DNA from: Acidimicrobiia bacterium | GTDB taxonomy: Bacteria; Actinomycetota; Acidimicrobiia; Spongiisociales; ZC4RG35 | Reading direction: 5' to 3' | Length of the DNA: 64,000 nucleotides | Assembly (NCBI GenBank): GCA_965215185.1 | Contig: OZ244034.1 | Location: 320,001 to 384,000, forward strand | Translations under genes and position numbers: made by a program | In this document: positions 1 to 9,901 of the stretch, one piece after another | Layout of the letters: the number at the start of each line of letters is the position of its first letter | How positions within the stretch are numbered: position 1 is the first letter of the stretch | The notes under the pieces: generated by a model | What the model saw: only the letters and a program-made list of their open reading frames with translations | Told to the model about the DNA's origin: nothing | Databases searched by the model: none

Positions 1-5
1 GAGGC

Positions 6-1739
6 TTGGAGTTCGACCGGCGACTGGGATGTATGGCCAGGGTGTTGGCGGATGTGCTGGTGGATGTGCCGCCCGAAAGCCAGACGCACCGCCAAGTGGT
101 GAGAAAAGAAGTGGATGTGGGAAAACTGCGGTTGGATCCGGTGCTCACCCTCCACTATTTGATAACGACTCTTCCTACCCTCGAACATGCGCCCGGAGAC
201 GCTCAACGGCTTTTGGCGGCGTTGGAAGAACAGTGGGGACTATCGGGACTGACCGTGCGATCAGACATGTTGAGAATGCTGCAGGAAGCTGTGCGGCAGG
301 GTCAGGGCAGGGTGACCGCGGTAGTCCGGGACCGGCGGGAGGTGGTGGCGGTCTGGTCAGGATTTCGGGAAGAGGTATTCGGGGTGGCGGTGGATGTGGG
401 TTCAACCACCATCGCCGGCCATCTGGCCGACTTGACCACCGGTGAGGTGCTCGCCTCCCAGGGCTTGATGAATCCTCAGGTCAGATTGGGAGAAGACCTG
501 ATGAGCCGTGTTTCCTATGTAGCCATGAACGAGAATGGGGCGCAGCGACTCACCTCGCTGGTGCGGGAGGCGGTCTCGGACTTGTGCTCGGAACTGATGG
601 AGGCGGCCGGGGCCGAGCGGGAGGCGGTCTTGGAAATGGTGGTGGTGGGCAATCCCATCATGCATCATCTCTTCCTGGGACTGGATGTGCGTCCGTTGGG
701 GGAGGCCCCTTTCACACTGGCCACTGACGGCCCGGTGGAAGTAGCCGCCTCGTCGGTGGGAATTGACTTGGGGGAGGCCGCCCGTATTTACCTGCTTCCC
801 TGCATAGCCGGGCATGTTGGAGGGGACGCGGCGGGGATGATCCTCTCCGAGCGCCCCTATGCGTCGGCGGAGCTCACCTTGTTGTGTGATATCGGGACCA
901 ATGCCGAGATAGTGCTTGGGAACTCCGAGCGACTGCTGGCCGCCTCCAGCCCCACCGGTCCGGCCTTGGAGGGCGCGCAGATCTCCTCGGGGCAAAGGGC
1001 GGCGCCTGGTGCGATAGAGCGGGTGCGCATCGATCCACACACCTTGGAACCCCGGATCAGGGTGATAGGGGTGGACCACTGGTCGGACGAACCGGGTTTT
1101 TTGCAAGGGGTGGAGAAAGTCTCGGTTACCGGCATCTGTGGATCGGGAATCATCGAGGCGCTGTCGGAGTTGGCGGCGGCCGGAGTAATAGCTGCCAACG
1201 GGCGGATATACGAGTCTGCCGCAGAACGTTCCCCCCGGGTGGTCAGCGAGGGTCGGACCTTTTCCTATACCCTGTGGGATAAGGGATCGGTGGTGAGAAT
1301 CACGCAAAACGACGTCCGGGCGGTCCAACTGGCCAAAGCGGCCCTATTGGCGGGAGCACGGCTCCTGATGGATCACCTGGGCGTCGATCAAGTGGACCGC
1401 ATCCGATTGGCAGGGGCATTCGGTTCGCACCTCAGCGCCTCCCATTCCATGGCGCTGGGTTTGATCCCTGATATTCCCGTCCACCGGGCCTCTTCAGCAG
1501 GAAACGCGGCGGGCACCGGGGCTCTGATGGCCCTGTTGAGTGGGAAATGCCGACGAGAGATCGAGCAAGTCGTGGAAAGAGTCGAAAAAATAGAAACCGC
1601 CATAGAGCCCCGCTTCCAGGAGCATTTTGTGGCGGCCATGTCATTCCCAGGCGCCCGCCAGGGCCCGGCGGACAACCAGCGGTTGGTTTCCCGCCGATCC
1701 AGGCGCGGGACCGCCGGTAGGAAAAAGGAGAAGCAGTGA
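6..1739 (+). CDS. ASKHA-domain corrinoid reactivation ATPase (RamA/RACo, DUF4445 family), 5' end probably outside window
   Basis: End of a 2Fe-2S ferredoxin domain (RRLGC-A-V), ASKHA motifs VDVGSTT and DIGTNAE, TGPALEG, GICGSG, AGAFG; lies next to an MttB-family methyltransferase. Confidence 0.85.
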   Translation: MEFDRRLGCMARVLADVLVDVPPESQTHRQVVRKEVDVGKLRLDPVLTLHYLITTLPTLEHAPGDAQRLLAALEEQWGLSGLTVRSDMLRMLQEAVRQGQGRVTAVVRDRREVVAVWSGFREEVFGVAVDVGSTTIAGHLADLTTGEVLASQGLMNPQVRLGEDLMSRVSYVAMNENGAQRLTSLVREAVSDLCSELMEAAGAEREAVLEMVVVGNPIMHHLFLGLDVRPLGEAPFTLATDGPVEVAASSVGIDLGEAARIYLLPCIAGHVGGDAAGMILSERPYASAELTLLCDIGTNAEIVLGNSERLLAASSPTGPALEGAQISSGQRAAPGAIERVRIDPHTLEPRIRVIGVDHWSDEPGFLQGVEKVSVTGICGSGIIEALSELAAAGVIAANGRIYESAAERSPRVVSEGRTFSYTLWDKGSVVRITQNDVRAVQLAKAALLAGARLLMDHLGVDQVDRIRLAGAFGSHLSASHSMALGLIPDIPVHRASSAGNAAGTGALMALLSGKCRREIEQVVERVEKIETAIEPRFQEHFVAAMSFPGARQGPADNQRLVSRRSRRGTAGRKKEKQ

Positions 1740-3271
1740 TGAGCAGCAGAAGACGATCCGGCGGACGGGCGGCGCGGGCAGCGGCGCGGGCGGCGGCCCA
1801 GGAAACGAAACGGGCTCCTTTCTTCACCAGCAAGCTCCCTCCCTATGAGGTGCTCAGCACTGAAGGTTTGGAGATCATCGAATCCAATGCCGAGACCATA
1901 TTGGAGAGGGTGGGGGTAGAAATAACCGATGAACAGGCGGTGAAAGACTTTGGGGAGGCCGGCGCCGATGTTCAGGGGACCAGAGTACGGTTTCCCCGGG
2001 GAATGTGTCGGGAGATCGTCACCGCCACCGCTCCCTCCATGTTCACCCAGGTGGCCCGCAACCCGGAGCGGTCGGTGGTGATCGGCGGGAACAACCTGGT
2101 ACTCGCCCCGGCCTACGGGTCGCCATTCGTCAGGGATCTCGACGGGGGCCGGCGCTATGCCACCCTGGAGGACTTTCACAACTTCGTGAAGCTGACCTAC
2201 ATGACTCCCTTCCTGCACCATTCGGGAGGAACGGTGTGCGAACCGGTGGACATCCCCATTCCCAAGCGTCACCTCGACATGGTGTATGCCCATCTGCGCT
2301 GGTCGGATAAGCCGTTCATGGGCTCGGTTACCGCCCCCCATCGGGCGGCCGACTCGGTGGAGATGGCCGCTTTGGTCTTCGGGGCGCAGTTCTTGGAAGA
2401 AAACACTGTGATTCTCGCGCTCTGCAACGCCAACTCCCCTCTCTGCTGGGACCGCGCCATGTTGGGATCAGCCCGTGAATACGCCAAGCGCAACCAAGCA
2501 GTCATTATCACCCCCTTCATCCTGGCGGGGGCGATGGCCCCGGTGACGGTGGCGGGAGTGGCCGCCCAGACCCTGGCGGAGGCGCTGGTGGGGATGGCCT
2601 ACACGCAGTTGGTGCGACCCGGAGCGCCGGTGATCTTCGGTTCGTTTGCCTCTTCCATGTCCATGCAGTCGGGAGCGCCCACCTTCGGCACCCCCGAACC
2701 GACGCTGACCATTTTCGTGCTGGCCCAACTTGCTCGCCGGTTGGGGGTTCCCTTCCGAACGGGCGGGAACCTGACTGCATCGAAGATCCCTGATGCCCAG
2801 GCCGCCTACGAATCAGCCGCTACTTTCCAGCCCACCCTCCTGGCTGGCGTCAACTTCGTGCTGCATGCGGCGGGATGGCTGGAAGGAGGGTTGGCGATGG
2901 GATACGAAAAATTCATCCTCGACACCGACCAATGCGGCATGGCCGAGTCTTTGTTGGCGGGTGTGGATCTCTCCGAGAACGGACAGGCGCTGGAGGCGGT
3001 GATCGAGAACGGACCCGGCCAGCACCATCTCGGAACTGCTCACACTCTGGCCAATTTCGAGACGGCCTTCTATCGTTCTTTCACGGCCGACAGCAACAGC
3101 TTCGAGCAGTGGTCGGAAGAGGGGGGGCTGCGGGCCGTGGAGCGGGCCAACTCTCTGTGGAAGAAGTCCCTTGCCGAGTACCAGCCGCCCCCGCTGGACG
3201 AGGCGGTGGATGAAGCGCTGCACGAATACATGGCCAAAAAGAAGCAAATCTATCCGGACTCGGAGGTGTAG
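1736..3271 (+). CDS. Trimethylamine methyltransferase (MttB) superfamily protein, non-pyrrolysine (MtgB-like quaternary-amine:corrinoid methyltransferase)
   Basis: LAGAMAPVT, SGAPTFGTPE, TASKIPDAQAAYES, HAAGWLEGG; no in-frame TAG; 511 aa. Confidence 0.9.
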   Translation: MMSSRRRSGGRAARAAARAAAQETKRAPFFTSKLPPYEVLSTEGLEIIESNAETILERVGVEITDEQAVKDFGEAGADVQGTRVRFPRGMCREIVTATAPSMFTQVARNPERSVVIGGNNLVLAPAYGSPFVRDLDGGRRYATLEDFHNFVKLTYMTPFLHHSGGTVCEPVDIPIPKRHLDMVYAHLRWSDKPFMGSVTAPHRAADSVEMAALVFGAQFLEENTVILALCNANSPLCWDRAMLGSAREYAKRNQAVIITPFILAGAMAPVTVAGVAAQTLAEALVGMAYTQLVRPGAPVIFGSFASSMSMQSGAPTFGTPEPTLTIFVLAQLARRLGVPFRTGGNLTASKIPDAQAAYESAATFQPTLLAGVNFVLHAAGWLEGGLAMGYEKFILDTDQCGMAESLLAGVDLSENGQALEAVIENGPGQHHLGTAHTLANFETAFYRSFTADSNSFEQWSEEGGLRAVERANSLWKKSLAEYQPPPLDEAVDEALHEYMAKKKQIYPDSEV

Positions 3272-4146
3272 TGGTCTCCTCCGACTATGCCGAACGGCTG
3301 GACGGTTTAAGTCCCGCCATCCGTTCGGCGATAGCCCAGGTTCTTCAAAACGCCCGTTATGAGATCATCCCGCTCAAGAACGCCACCGTCCAAGCCCGTT
3401 TTCTGCCTCCCGGGGCGGTGGCGACCGTCACCGCTTCTCCCAACAAGGGCATGGAGGCCACCTTGGAGTTGGCTGCCGAGTTGGTCGAACAGGGCTTCGA
3501 CGTCACGCCTCATCTGTCGGCTCGTCTCCACCGGGACCGGGCACATCTGGAAGGCACTCTGGACAGGGCAAGAGAACTGGGGTTGCGCAGGGCATTTGTC
3601 GTGGGAGGAGACCATCTGCACCCCGGCGAGTTCTTTGACGGGCTTTCCCTGCTCCGGGCAATGGAGGAGATAGGACATCCCTTCGACGAAGTGGGGATCC
3701 CCGCCTACCCGGAGGGACATCCCATCATCCCCTCCTCCAAGTTGGATCAGGCGTTATCAGATAAACAGCCTTACGCCCATCACATGGCTACCCAGATGTG
3801 CTTCGACGCTGAGGCGATCCGCTCTTTTCTCTCCGACGCGCGCGGGCGCCAAATCCGCCTTCCTGCTCTGCTGGGCGTGCCGGGGGTGGGAGGGCGGATG
3901 AAGCTGCTGCAGATCTCGGCCCGGATCGGGGTGGGGGATTCGATGAGATTCCTCTCCAAGAACGCTCGAGTGGTAACCAAGCTGCTGGGCCCCGGGGGCT
4001 ACGACCCCGGGGAGTTACTGGAGGATTTGGGAGACAATCTGCTCGATCCGGTGCTTGGCGTCAAGGGCTTGCATATTTACACCTTTAACCGCTGTGAGGC
4101 GACCGAGGCCTGGCGGCAGGAATACCTGGAAGCATTGAGGCAATGA
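3271..4146 (+). CDS. metF: Methylenetetrahydrofolate reductase
   Basis: YEIIP, PHLSAR, VVGGD, AYPEGHP, TQMCFD, GLHIYTFN motifs. Confidence 0.85.
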   Translation: MVSSDYAERLDGLSPAIRSAIAQVLQNARYEIIPLKNATVQARFLPPGAVATVTASPNKGMEATLELAAELVEQGFDVTPHLSARLHRDRAHLEGTLDRARELGLRRAFVVGGDHLHPGEFFDGLSLLRAMEEIGHPFDEVGIPAYPEGHPIIPSSKLDQALSDKQPYAHHMATQMCFDAEAIRSFLSDARGRQIRLPALLGVPGVGGRMKLLQISARIGVGDSMRFLSKNARVVTKLLGPGGYDPGELLEDLGDNLLDPVLGVKGLHIYTFNRCEATEAWRQEYLEALRQ

Positions 4147-4176
4147 TGGCCTCTACTGTGGGGTAAGGTCATCCTG

Positions 4177-5304
4177 ATGTTGGGTGATCTGGTCTGGGTA
4201 GTGGTGGGAATGGCGATTCTCATCTTCGGAGCGGAGCGGCTCGTGACTTCTGCTGAGCGACTTGCCCACCATTGGGGGATGTCCCCAGTTCTGATCGGAG
4301 CGGTCGTGGTGGGACTGGGCACTTCCCTGCCGGAGATGCTCATCTCAGGATTGGCTGCCGCCCGACCCAATGGGCTCGATTTGGCCACTGGCAACATCGT
4401 GGGATCCAACATCGCCAATCTGTCGTTGGTGCTGGGCATTGCCATGATTATTGCTCCTCTGAAGAATGTCCAATTGGACTTGCGTAGGGAGTGGCTGGCC
4501 ATGTTGGCGGGATCCTTCCTGCTGGTCGTGCTGGCCTGGAACAATGCTTTGTCCCGATGGAACGGGATAGTGTTGGCGGCCGGCATGGGGGTGGGTCTGC
4601 TGTTGCTATACCGATGGTCACTCGATGTCAAGGTGGTCAATGGGGACGCAGCCGATACGACAGAAAAAAAAGACTCTCCCCACTCCGCCGGCATCCAGAA
4701 ATGGAAAGGGAAAGCAGAGGTGGTGACCGCTTTTCGGATAGTCGGTTTCCGGCTTCGCCTTCGCCTACTCCTATGGAGAGAGGTGCTAATGGCCCTGATT
4801 GCCTTGGGGTTGACTCTTTGGGGAGCGGACCGGTTGGTGGAAGGGGCTACCGGAATTGCCGACCGGCTGAATATCTCGGGAGGGCTGGTCGGCCTCACCC
4901 TCGTGGCGCTGGGAACCTCTCTTCCCGAACTGGCCACCGCCGTGGTCGCCGCTCGGCATGGAAACACTGAACTGGTGATAGGAAATGTGCTGGGCTCCAA
5001 TCTCTTCAATTCGCTGGCGGTGGGTGGCATAGCGGGATTGGTGGGGGACGGGGCCTTCACCGACAATTTCAGAGGCAGCCTTCTGTGGATGATGGGCGCC
5101 GCTGTGACTGCCGGGGGTATAGCCAATGGTGTGCGTGGTTTTGACCGTTTTCTTTCTGCCCGCAGTCCTAATCGTCTCTTCCGGATGGCGGGGACCGCCC
5201 TGGCATCCGGAGATGTGGTGTTCTCGCGTTGGTCTCGAAGCCGGACAGCCGGGGTGGCGCTGGTCGTTTTCTACCCTATGGCCTTGATGCTGGCCGGGTT
5301 ATGA
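4177..5304 (+). CDS. Ca2+/Na+ antiporter (CaCA/YrbG family)
   Basis: Two alpha repeats GTSLPE..GNxxGSN; hydrophobic. Confidence 0.9.
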   Translation: MLGDLVWVVVGMAILIFGAERLVTSAERLAHHWGMSPVLIGAVVVGLGTSLPEMLISGLAAARPNGLDLATGNIVGSNIANLSLVLGIAMIIAPLKNVQLDLRREWLAMLAGSFLLVVLAWNNALSRWNGIVLAAGMGVGLLLLYRWSLDVKVVNGDAADTTEKKDSPHSAGIQKWKGKAEVVTAFRIVGFRLRLRLLLWREVLMALIALGLTLWGADRLVEGATGIADRLNISGGLVGLTLVALGTSLPELATAVVAARHGNTELVIGNVLGSNLFNSLAVGGIAGLVGDGAFTDNFRGSLLWMMGAAVTAGGIANGVRGFDRFLSARSPNRLFRMAGTALASGDVVFSRWSRSRTAGVALVVFYPMALMLAGL

Positions 5305-5326
5305 AGATCGCCTCCGAGAAGGGGCT

Positions 5327-6091
5327 CTAGGAGAAGAGTCCGGCAAGTTCAGATGTGAGTTGATCGGCGACCTGGCGGATCAGGCTTCCGATCTCCGACT
5401 CCCCTCCTTCAGAGGGAAAGCGATAGGAAGGGCCGTGGACGCTCACTGCGGCAACGACCCTGCCATGGGGGCCCGTCACGGCAGCTGCCACCCCGCTGAC
5501 GTCATCTGAATATTCGCGGTGGGTCCACGCATATCTGTACCGGCGCACGATGTCAAGCCGAGCCTTTAAGGCCTTGGGCGTGACCAAGGTGTTAAAGGTG
5601 AACTGCACCAGATCTCCCTGCAGATAGTTTTCAAGCTGATCCCCATCCCATGTTGAGAGGAAGATCTGACCAGGGGCCACGGTGTGGTGCGGGAAGGTGA
5701 CTCCGGTCCAGTCCTGTACCTTCACAGTTCGGCCGGCTGTCTGCTGACAAATGTACAAGACATCGTTTCCTTCTGGTACGGAAAGCGTGGCGTCCTCTTC
5801 CAACTGGGAGACGAGGCTCTGCAGGTGGGGGCGAGCCAACTGTTTCAGAACCTGGGGTGAAGTGCCTCCTCCCGCCAGCACTTCCAAACCGGGCCCTACC
5901 CGGTATCGACCCCTTTGGCCTACCTGCTCCACCATGTCGAGGTGTTCCAGAGTGTTGAGAAGGCGGGACACGGAACTCTTGGGAAGGCGGGTGCCCTTGG
6001 CGATCTGGGCCAGACCGGCGCTCCTTGGAGACGCCGCCACGACCTGCAGCACGGCGAAGGCTCTGGTCACCGCCCGAACCGGGGCGGTCAT
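5327..6091 (-). CDS. IclR family transcriptional regulator
   Basis: N-terminal HTH (LPKSSVSRLLNTL), C-terminal IclR domain (VAAVSVHGPSYRF); divergent from the carnitine operon. Confidence 0.92.
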   Translation of the reverse strand: MTAPVRAVTRAFAVLQVVAASPRSAGLAQIAKGTRLPKSSVSRLLNTLEHLDMVEQVGQRGRYRVGPGLEVLAGGGTSPQVLKQLARPHLQSLVSQLEEDATLSVPEGNDVLYICQQTAGRTVKVQDWTGVTFPHHTVAPGQIFLSTWDGDQLENYLQGDLVQFTFNTLVTPKALKARLDIVRRYRYAWTHREYSDDVSGVAAAVTGPHGRVVAAVSVHGPSYRFPSEGGESEIGSLIRQVADQLTSELAGLFS

Positions 6092-6119
6092 GGCGCCCCA
6101 CCGGTGGTCGCAGCAACCG

Positions 6120-6183
6120 TTTTGTACAAAATGTCCTCAGTTTCCCAGCGTGCCATCAGTCGGAACATACTACAATACGGAAC
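6120..6183. promoter_or_regulatory. Divergent promoter/operator region between iclR and the carnitine operon
   Basis: Perfect palindrome TTTTGTACAAAA (6120-6131), CGGAAC direct repeat flanking a TACAAT -10-like hexamer (6171-6176). Confidence 0.4.
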
Positions 6184-6205
6184 GACACAGAGGAGTTAGA
6201 GGTAG

Positions 6206-7144
6206 ATGGCTGCTCATAACAAAGTGATCCTTACTTGTGCGGTGACAGGAAGTTCACACACTCCCACCATGAATATAGGGATGCCGGTGACTGTCGAGGA
6301 GATGGTCTCCCAGTCGGTGGCAGCGCATGCCGAAGGGGCCGCCGTAATCCACATTCACGCCCGGGATCCACGGGACGGGCGTCCCAGCGCCGACGTGGGG
6401 CTTTTTCGGGAATACTGCGTGGGCATCAAGGAGCAATGCGATGCGGTAATCAGCATCACTACCGGTGGGGCTACCGGACAGACCATGGAGGAGCGGCTGG
6501 CGGTAATCAAGGCTCTGCAACCCGAGTTGGCTACCTGCAATTTGGGCACCATGAACTACGGGCTGTTCCAGATGATTCCCCGCTACGAAGGACGCTGGAA
6601 ACACGACTGGGAGGAGCCGTTTTTGGAATCCACCCGCCACGAGCCTTTCATCAACCGGTTTTCCGACATTGAGTACATGCTCACCGAGTTGACCGAGGAA
6701 ACGGGTTGTCGTTTCGAGTTCGAAGCCTACGATATTGGCCATCTCTACACGTTGGCCTACTACGCCGAGCAGGGCCTGGTAAAGCCCCCGATATTTATGC
6801 AGTTCGTGGTGGGGACTCTGGGTGGAATCGGCCCTGACATCGAGAATGTGGTGGCGATGAAGCAGACCGCCGATCGCCTGTTCGGCGCCGATATCGAATG
6901 GTCGGTGTTAGGAGGAGGTCGTTTTCAGTTCGACATCGTCACTGCCGGGGCGGTGCTCGGGGGTCATGTCCGGGTCGGTTTGGAGGACGGTATCTATTTG
7001 CGCCGCGGCCGGCTGGCGGACAACAATGCCGAGCAGGCGGCCAAGATGGTTCGCATCCTCAATGAGCTGTCCCGTGAGACAGCCACCTCTGCCGAGGCTC
7101 GTGAGATACTCGATCTCAAGGGTCTCAACAATGTGGCCTTCTGA
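6206..7144 (+). CDS. Beta-keto acid cleavage enzyme (BKACE/DUF849), probably 3-dehydrocarnitine cleavage (CdhC-like)
   Basis: ILTCAVTG, HIHARDP, EFEAYD, GHVRVGLED; directly upstream of carnitine dehydrogenase. Confidence 0.85.
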   Translation: MAAHNKVILTCAVTGSSHTPTMNIGMPVTVEEMVSQSVAAHAEGAAVIHIHARDPRDGRPSADVGLFREYCVGIKEQCDAVISITTGGATGQTMEERLAVIKALQPELATCNLGTMNYGLFQMIPRYEGRWKHDWEEPFLESTRHEPFINRFSDIEYMLTELTEETGCRFEFEAYDIGHLYTLAYYAEQGLVKPPIFMQFVVGTLGGIGPDIENVVAMKQTADRLFGADIEWSVLGGGRFQFDIVTAGAVLGGHVRVGLEDGIYLRRGRLADNNAEQAAKMVRILNELSRETATSAEAREILDLKGLNNVAF

Positions 7145-7213
7145 TAGTCCAAAGCTCCTGACAAGGCGTGCCGCGGGCCAATGTCGGGAGTGATGGGAGG
7201 GTCGGCAGGGTCC

Positions 7214-8707
7214 ATGGAGCGGTTTCGTTCCAAAGTGGAGGTGGTGGGGTTGGTGGGCACCGGGGTCATCGGGCGAGGATGGGCTGCCCGCGCCCTTTCC
7301 CGGGGTTGGGAAGTGGTGGCCACCGATCCGGCGCCCGGAGCACCTGAGGAGCTTGTTTCCTTCGTTGAGCGGGCTTGGCCTGCAGTCATGGCTCTGGGTC
7401 TTTACCCCGGCGCCCGACCCGACCGAGTCCGGTTCGTTTCCAGTGTCGAGGAGGTTGCCGCCTGCGCCGACTTGATCATTGAGGCGGTTCCCGAGCGAGA
7501 GGGCCTCAAGAAGAAAGTGGCCGCCCGGATCGACGCGGCGACGCCCTCCGATGTTCTGATCTGCTCCAGTTCTTCGGGACTTCTTCCCAGTCGTCTGCAG
7601 GAGGGCCTCCGCCACCCCCAGCGATACCTGATCGCCCATCCCTTCAACCCTGTATACCTGCTGCCGCTGGTAGAACTATGTGGAGGCCGCCAAACCGACC
7701 CTGCCGCGGTGGAAACGGCCAGGATTATCTACCAAGACCTGGGGATGCATCCTTTGGTGGTGCGGAATGAAATAGATGGTTACCTCTCCGATCGTCTGCA
7801 GGAGGCCTTGTGGAGGGAGGCTCTATGGTTGGTCAATGATGGAATCGCCACCACCGATGAATTGGATCAGGCCATAATCTATGGGCCGGGTCTGCGTTGG
7901 GCCGCCATGGGGACCATGCTCACCTTTCACCTGGCGGGGGGAGAGGGAGGAATGCGGCACATGCTTGAGCATTTCGGCCCGGCTCTCGAACTACCCTGGA
8001 CCGCGCTGGCGGCGCCACCTCTGACCGATCGGCTCATCGAGTCGGTGGTATCGGGAGTCGAACAACAAGCGGTGGGAAGGAGTGTGGCGCAACTGGAGCG
8101 GCAACGAGATGATTATCTGATCTCGGTGATGCGGGCGCTTAGACCCCACAACCTGGGCGCCGGGCGGTTGGTGGCCGACCGGGAGGCCATCCGGCTGTCG
8201 GCCCGGGCAGAGATTTGGCGACCTGGCTCGCAGGTGGCGGCGCCTTTGCAGTTGTACCACTGCCAGGTAGAGTCGGATTGGGTGGACTACAACGGTCACA
8301 TGACCGAGAGCGCCTACCTGACGGCCTTCGGCTGGGCGTCCGACGCGCTGTTCCGCTACGTGGGAATCGACGAAGATTATCGGGCCGCCGGCCATTCTTT
8401 CTATACCGTGGAGACCCACATCCACTACCGACGGGAAGCCTCTGTTCACCAGGAACTTTTCTTTACAACCCAGGTGTTGGGAGTGGACGAAAAGAGGCTT
8501 CACATTTTTCACACCATGCTTGACGGGGAGGGACGGAGATTGTCCTCCACCGAGCAGATGCTTCTTCACGTGGACACCGAAAGGGGTGCGGTGAAACCCT
8601 TACTACCTGGTCCGGCCCGGGCTTTGGCGGCGGGCGCTGAAGCACATCGGGTGTTGCCGACTCCTCCGGAGGTCGGATCGCGCATGACGCTCGACCGACC
8701 CCGCTGA
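7214..8707 (+). CDS. L-carnitine 3-dehydrogenase fused to a hot-dog thioesterase (betainyl-CoA thioesterase)
   Basis: GTGVIGRGW Rossmann motif, HPFNPVYLLPLVE, SDRLQEALWREA; C-terminal WVDYNGHMTE thioesterase; start could be 7181. Confidence 0.88.
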   Translation: MERFRSKVEVVGLVGTGVIGRGWAARALSRGWEVVATDPAPGAPEELVSFVERAWPAVMALGLYPGARPDRVRFVSSVEEVAACADLIIEAVPEREGLKKKVAARIDAATPSDVLICSSSSGLLPSRLQEGLRHPQRYLIAHPFNPVYLLPLVELCGGRQTDPAAVETARIIYQDLGMHPLVVRNEIDGYLSDRLQEALWREALWLVNDGIATTDELDQAIIYGPGLRWAAMGTMLTFHLAGGEGGMRHMLEHFGPALELPWTALAAPPLTDRLIESVVSGVEQQAVGRSVAQLERQRDDYLISVMRALRPHNLGAGRLVADREAIRLSARAEIWRPGSQVAAPLQLYHCQVESDWVDYNGHMTESAYLTAFGWASDALFRYVGIDEDYRAAGHSFYTVETHIHYRREASVHQELFFTTQVLGVDEKRLHIFHTMLDGEGRRLSSTEQMLLHVDTERGAVKPLLPGPARALAAGAEAHRVLPTPPEVGSRMTLDRPR

Positions 8708-8722
8708 CCGAAGGGATTGAGA

Positions 8723-9895
8723 ATGGACTTTGCGCTTACCGACGAGCAGGAGTTGATCATCTCCACTGTTCGGGACTTCACCGAGCGCGAATTCATGCCG
8801 CATGAGGAAGATGTGGAGAGGCTCGGATACGTCCCGGTGGAAGTCGGCGAGAGAATCAAGAAGAAGGCGATCGCAGCGGGAATCTTCGCCGCCAATATGC
8901 CAGTGGAGGTGGGGGGCGCCGGTTTGGACAACCTGACCATGGCGTTGGTGGAAAAAGAGTTGGGGAAAACCTCTTATGCCCTCCATCATCTGGTTGCCCG
9001 GCCATCCAATATTCTTTTGGCCTGCGTTGGAGACCAGCGGGAGCGGTACCTGTATCCCACCGTGGCAGGGGAGCGGATGGAGGCGCTGGCCATGAGTGAA
9101 CCCGACGCCGGCTCCGACCTGCGGGGCATGAAGTGCCGGGCGGTCCGGGATGGGGACGAGTTCGTGATCCGGGGAGTCAAACACTTCATCTCCCACGGCG
9201 ACATTTGCGACTATGTGATCCTTTTTGCATCCACAGGCCCCGATCCAGGGGCGGGCGGGGCAGGAAGGAGAACGACGCAGCGCATCACGTCGTTCTTGGT
9301 GGACGTGGGGACTCCCGGCTTCGAAGTGCTACGGGGCTACGGAAGCGTCTCCCATCGGGGATACAACAATTCCATCTTAAATTTTGATGACTGCCGGGTC
9401 CCGGCGTCCCAGATCTTGGGGGAGGAGCACCGCGGCTTTGAAGTGGCCAACACCTGGCTGGGGGGCACTCGCTTGGCGGTGGCTGCCAACTGCCTGGGCA
9501 GAGCGGAACGGGCGATGGGGTTGGCGGCCGGATGGGCGGCCCGCCGCACCCAATTCGGGCAGACCATCGGACGCTTCCAAGGAGTGTCGTTCAAGTTGGC
9601 CGACATGGCCACTCAACTGGCGGCGTCCGAGCTTCTTACCCTCCGCGCCGCCTGGAAGGCCGATCGGGGGGACATGACTTCCGCCGATGCGGCCATGGCC
9701 AAGTTGGTCGCCACCGAGATGCTGGCTTTTGTAACCGACGAAGCCATTCAAATCTTCGGAGGGATGGGATTGATGGACGAACTGCCGCTGGAGCGGCTGT
9801 GGCGGGATGCGCGGGTGGAGCGTATCTGGGATGGGACCTCTGAAATCCAACGCCACATCATCTCCCGTTCGATTCTCCGTCCCCTGGAAAGCTGA
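8723..9895 (+). CDS. Acyl-CoA dehydrogenase (by context a gamma-butyrobetainyl-CoA dehydrogenase)
   Basis: AMSEPDAGSD, QFGQTIGRFQ, QIFGGMG, IWDGTSEIQR. Confidence 0.88.
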   Translation: MDFALTDEQELIISTVRDFTEREFMPHEEDVERLGYVPVEVGERIKKKAIAAGIFAANMPVEVGGAGLDNLTMALVEKELGKTSYALHHLVARPSNILLACVGDQRERYLYPTVAGERMEALAMSEPDAGSDLRGMKCRAVRDGDEFVIRGVKHFISHGDICDYVILFASTGPDPGAGGAGRRTTQRITSFLVDVGTPGFEVLRGYGSVSHRGYNNSILNFDDCRVPASQILGEEHRGFEVANTWLGGTRLAVAANCLGRAERAMGLAAGWAARRTQFGQTIGRFQGVSFKLADMATQLAASELLTLRAAWKADRGDMTSADAAMAKLVATEMLAFVTDEAIQIFGGMGLMDELPLERLWRDARVERIWDGTSEIQRHIISRSILRPLES

Positions 9896-9901
9896 ATTCC
9901 T

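Noticed and set aside
1736-3271. Pyrrolysine-containing MttB
   Set aside because: No in-frame amber codon within the gene and no pyl genes seen
402-5126. Long antisense ORFs (e.g. 402-1328, 1388-2341, 4077-5126) and similar ones throughout
   Set aside because: Shadow ORFs expected in high-GC DNA opposite well-supported genes
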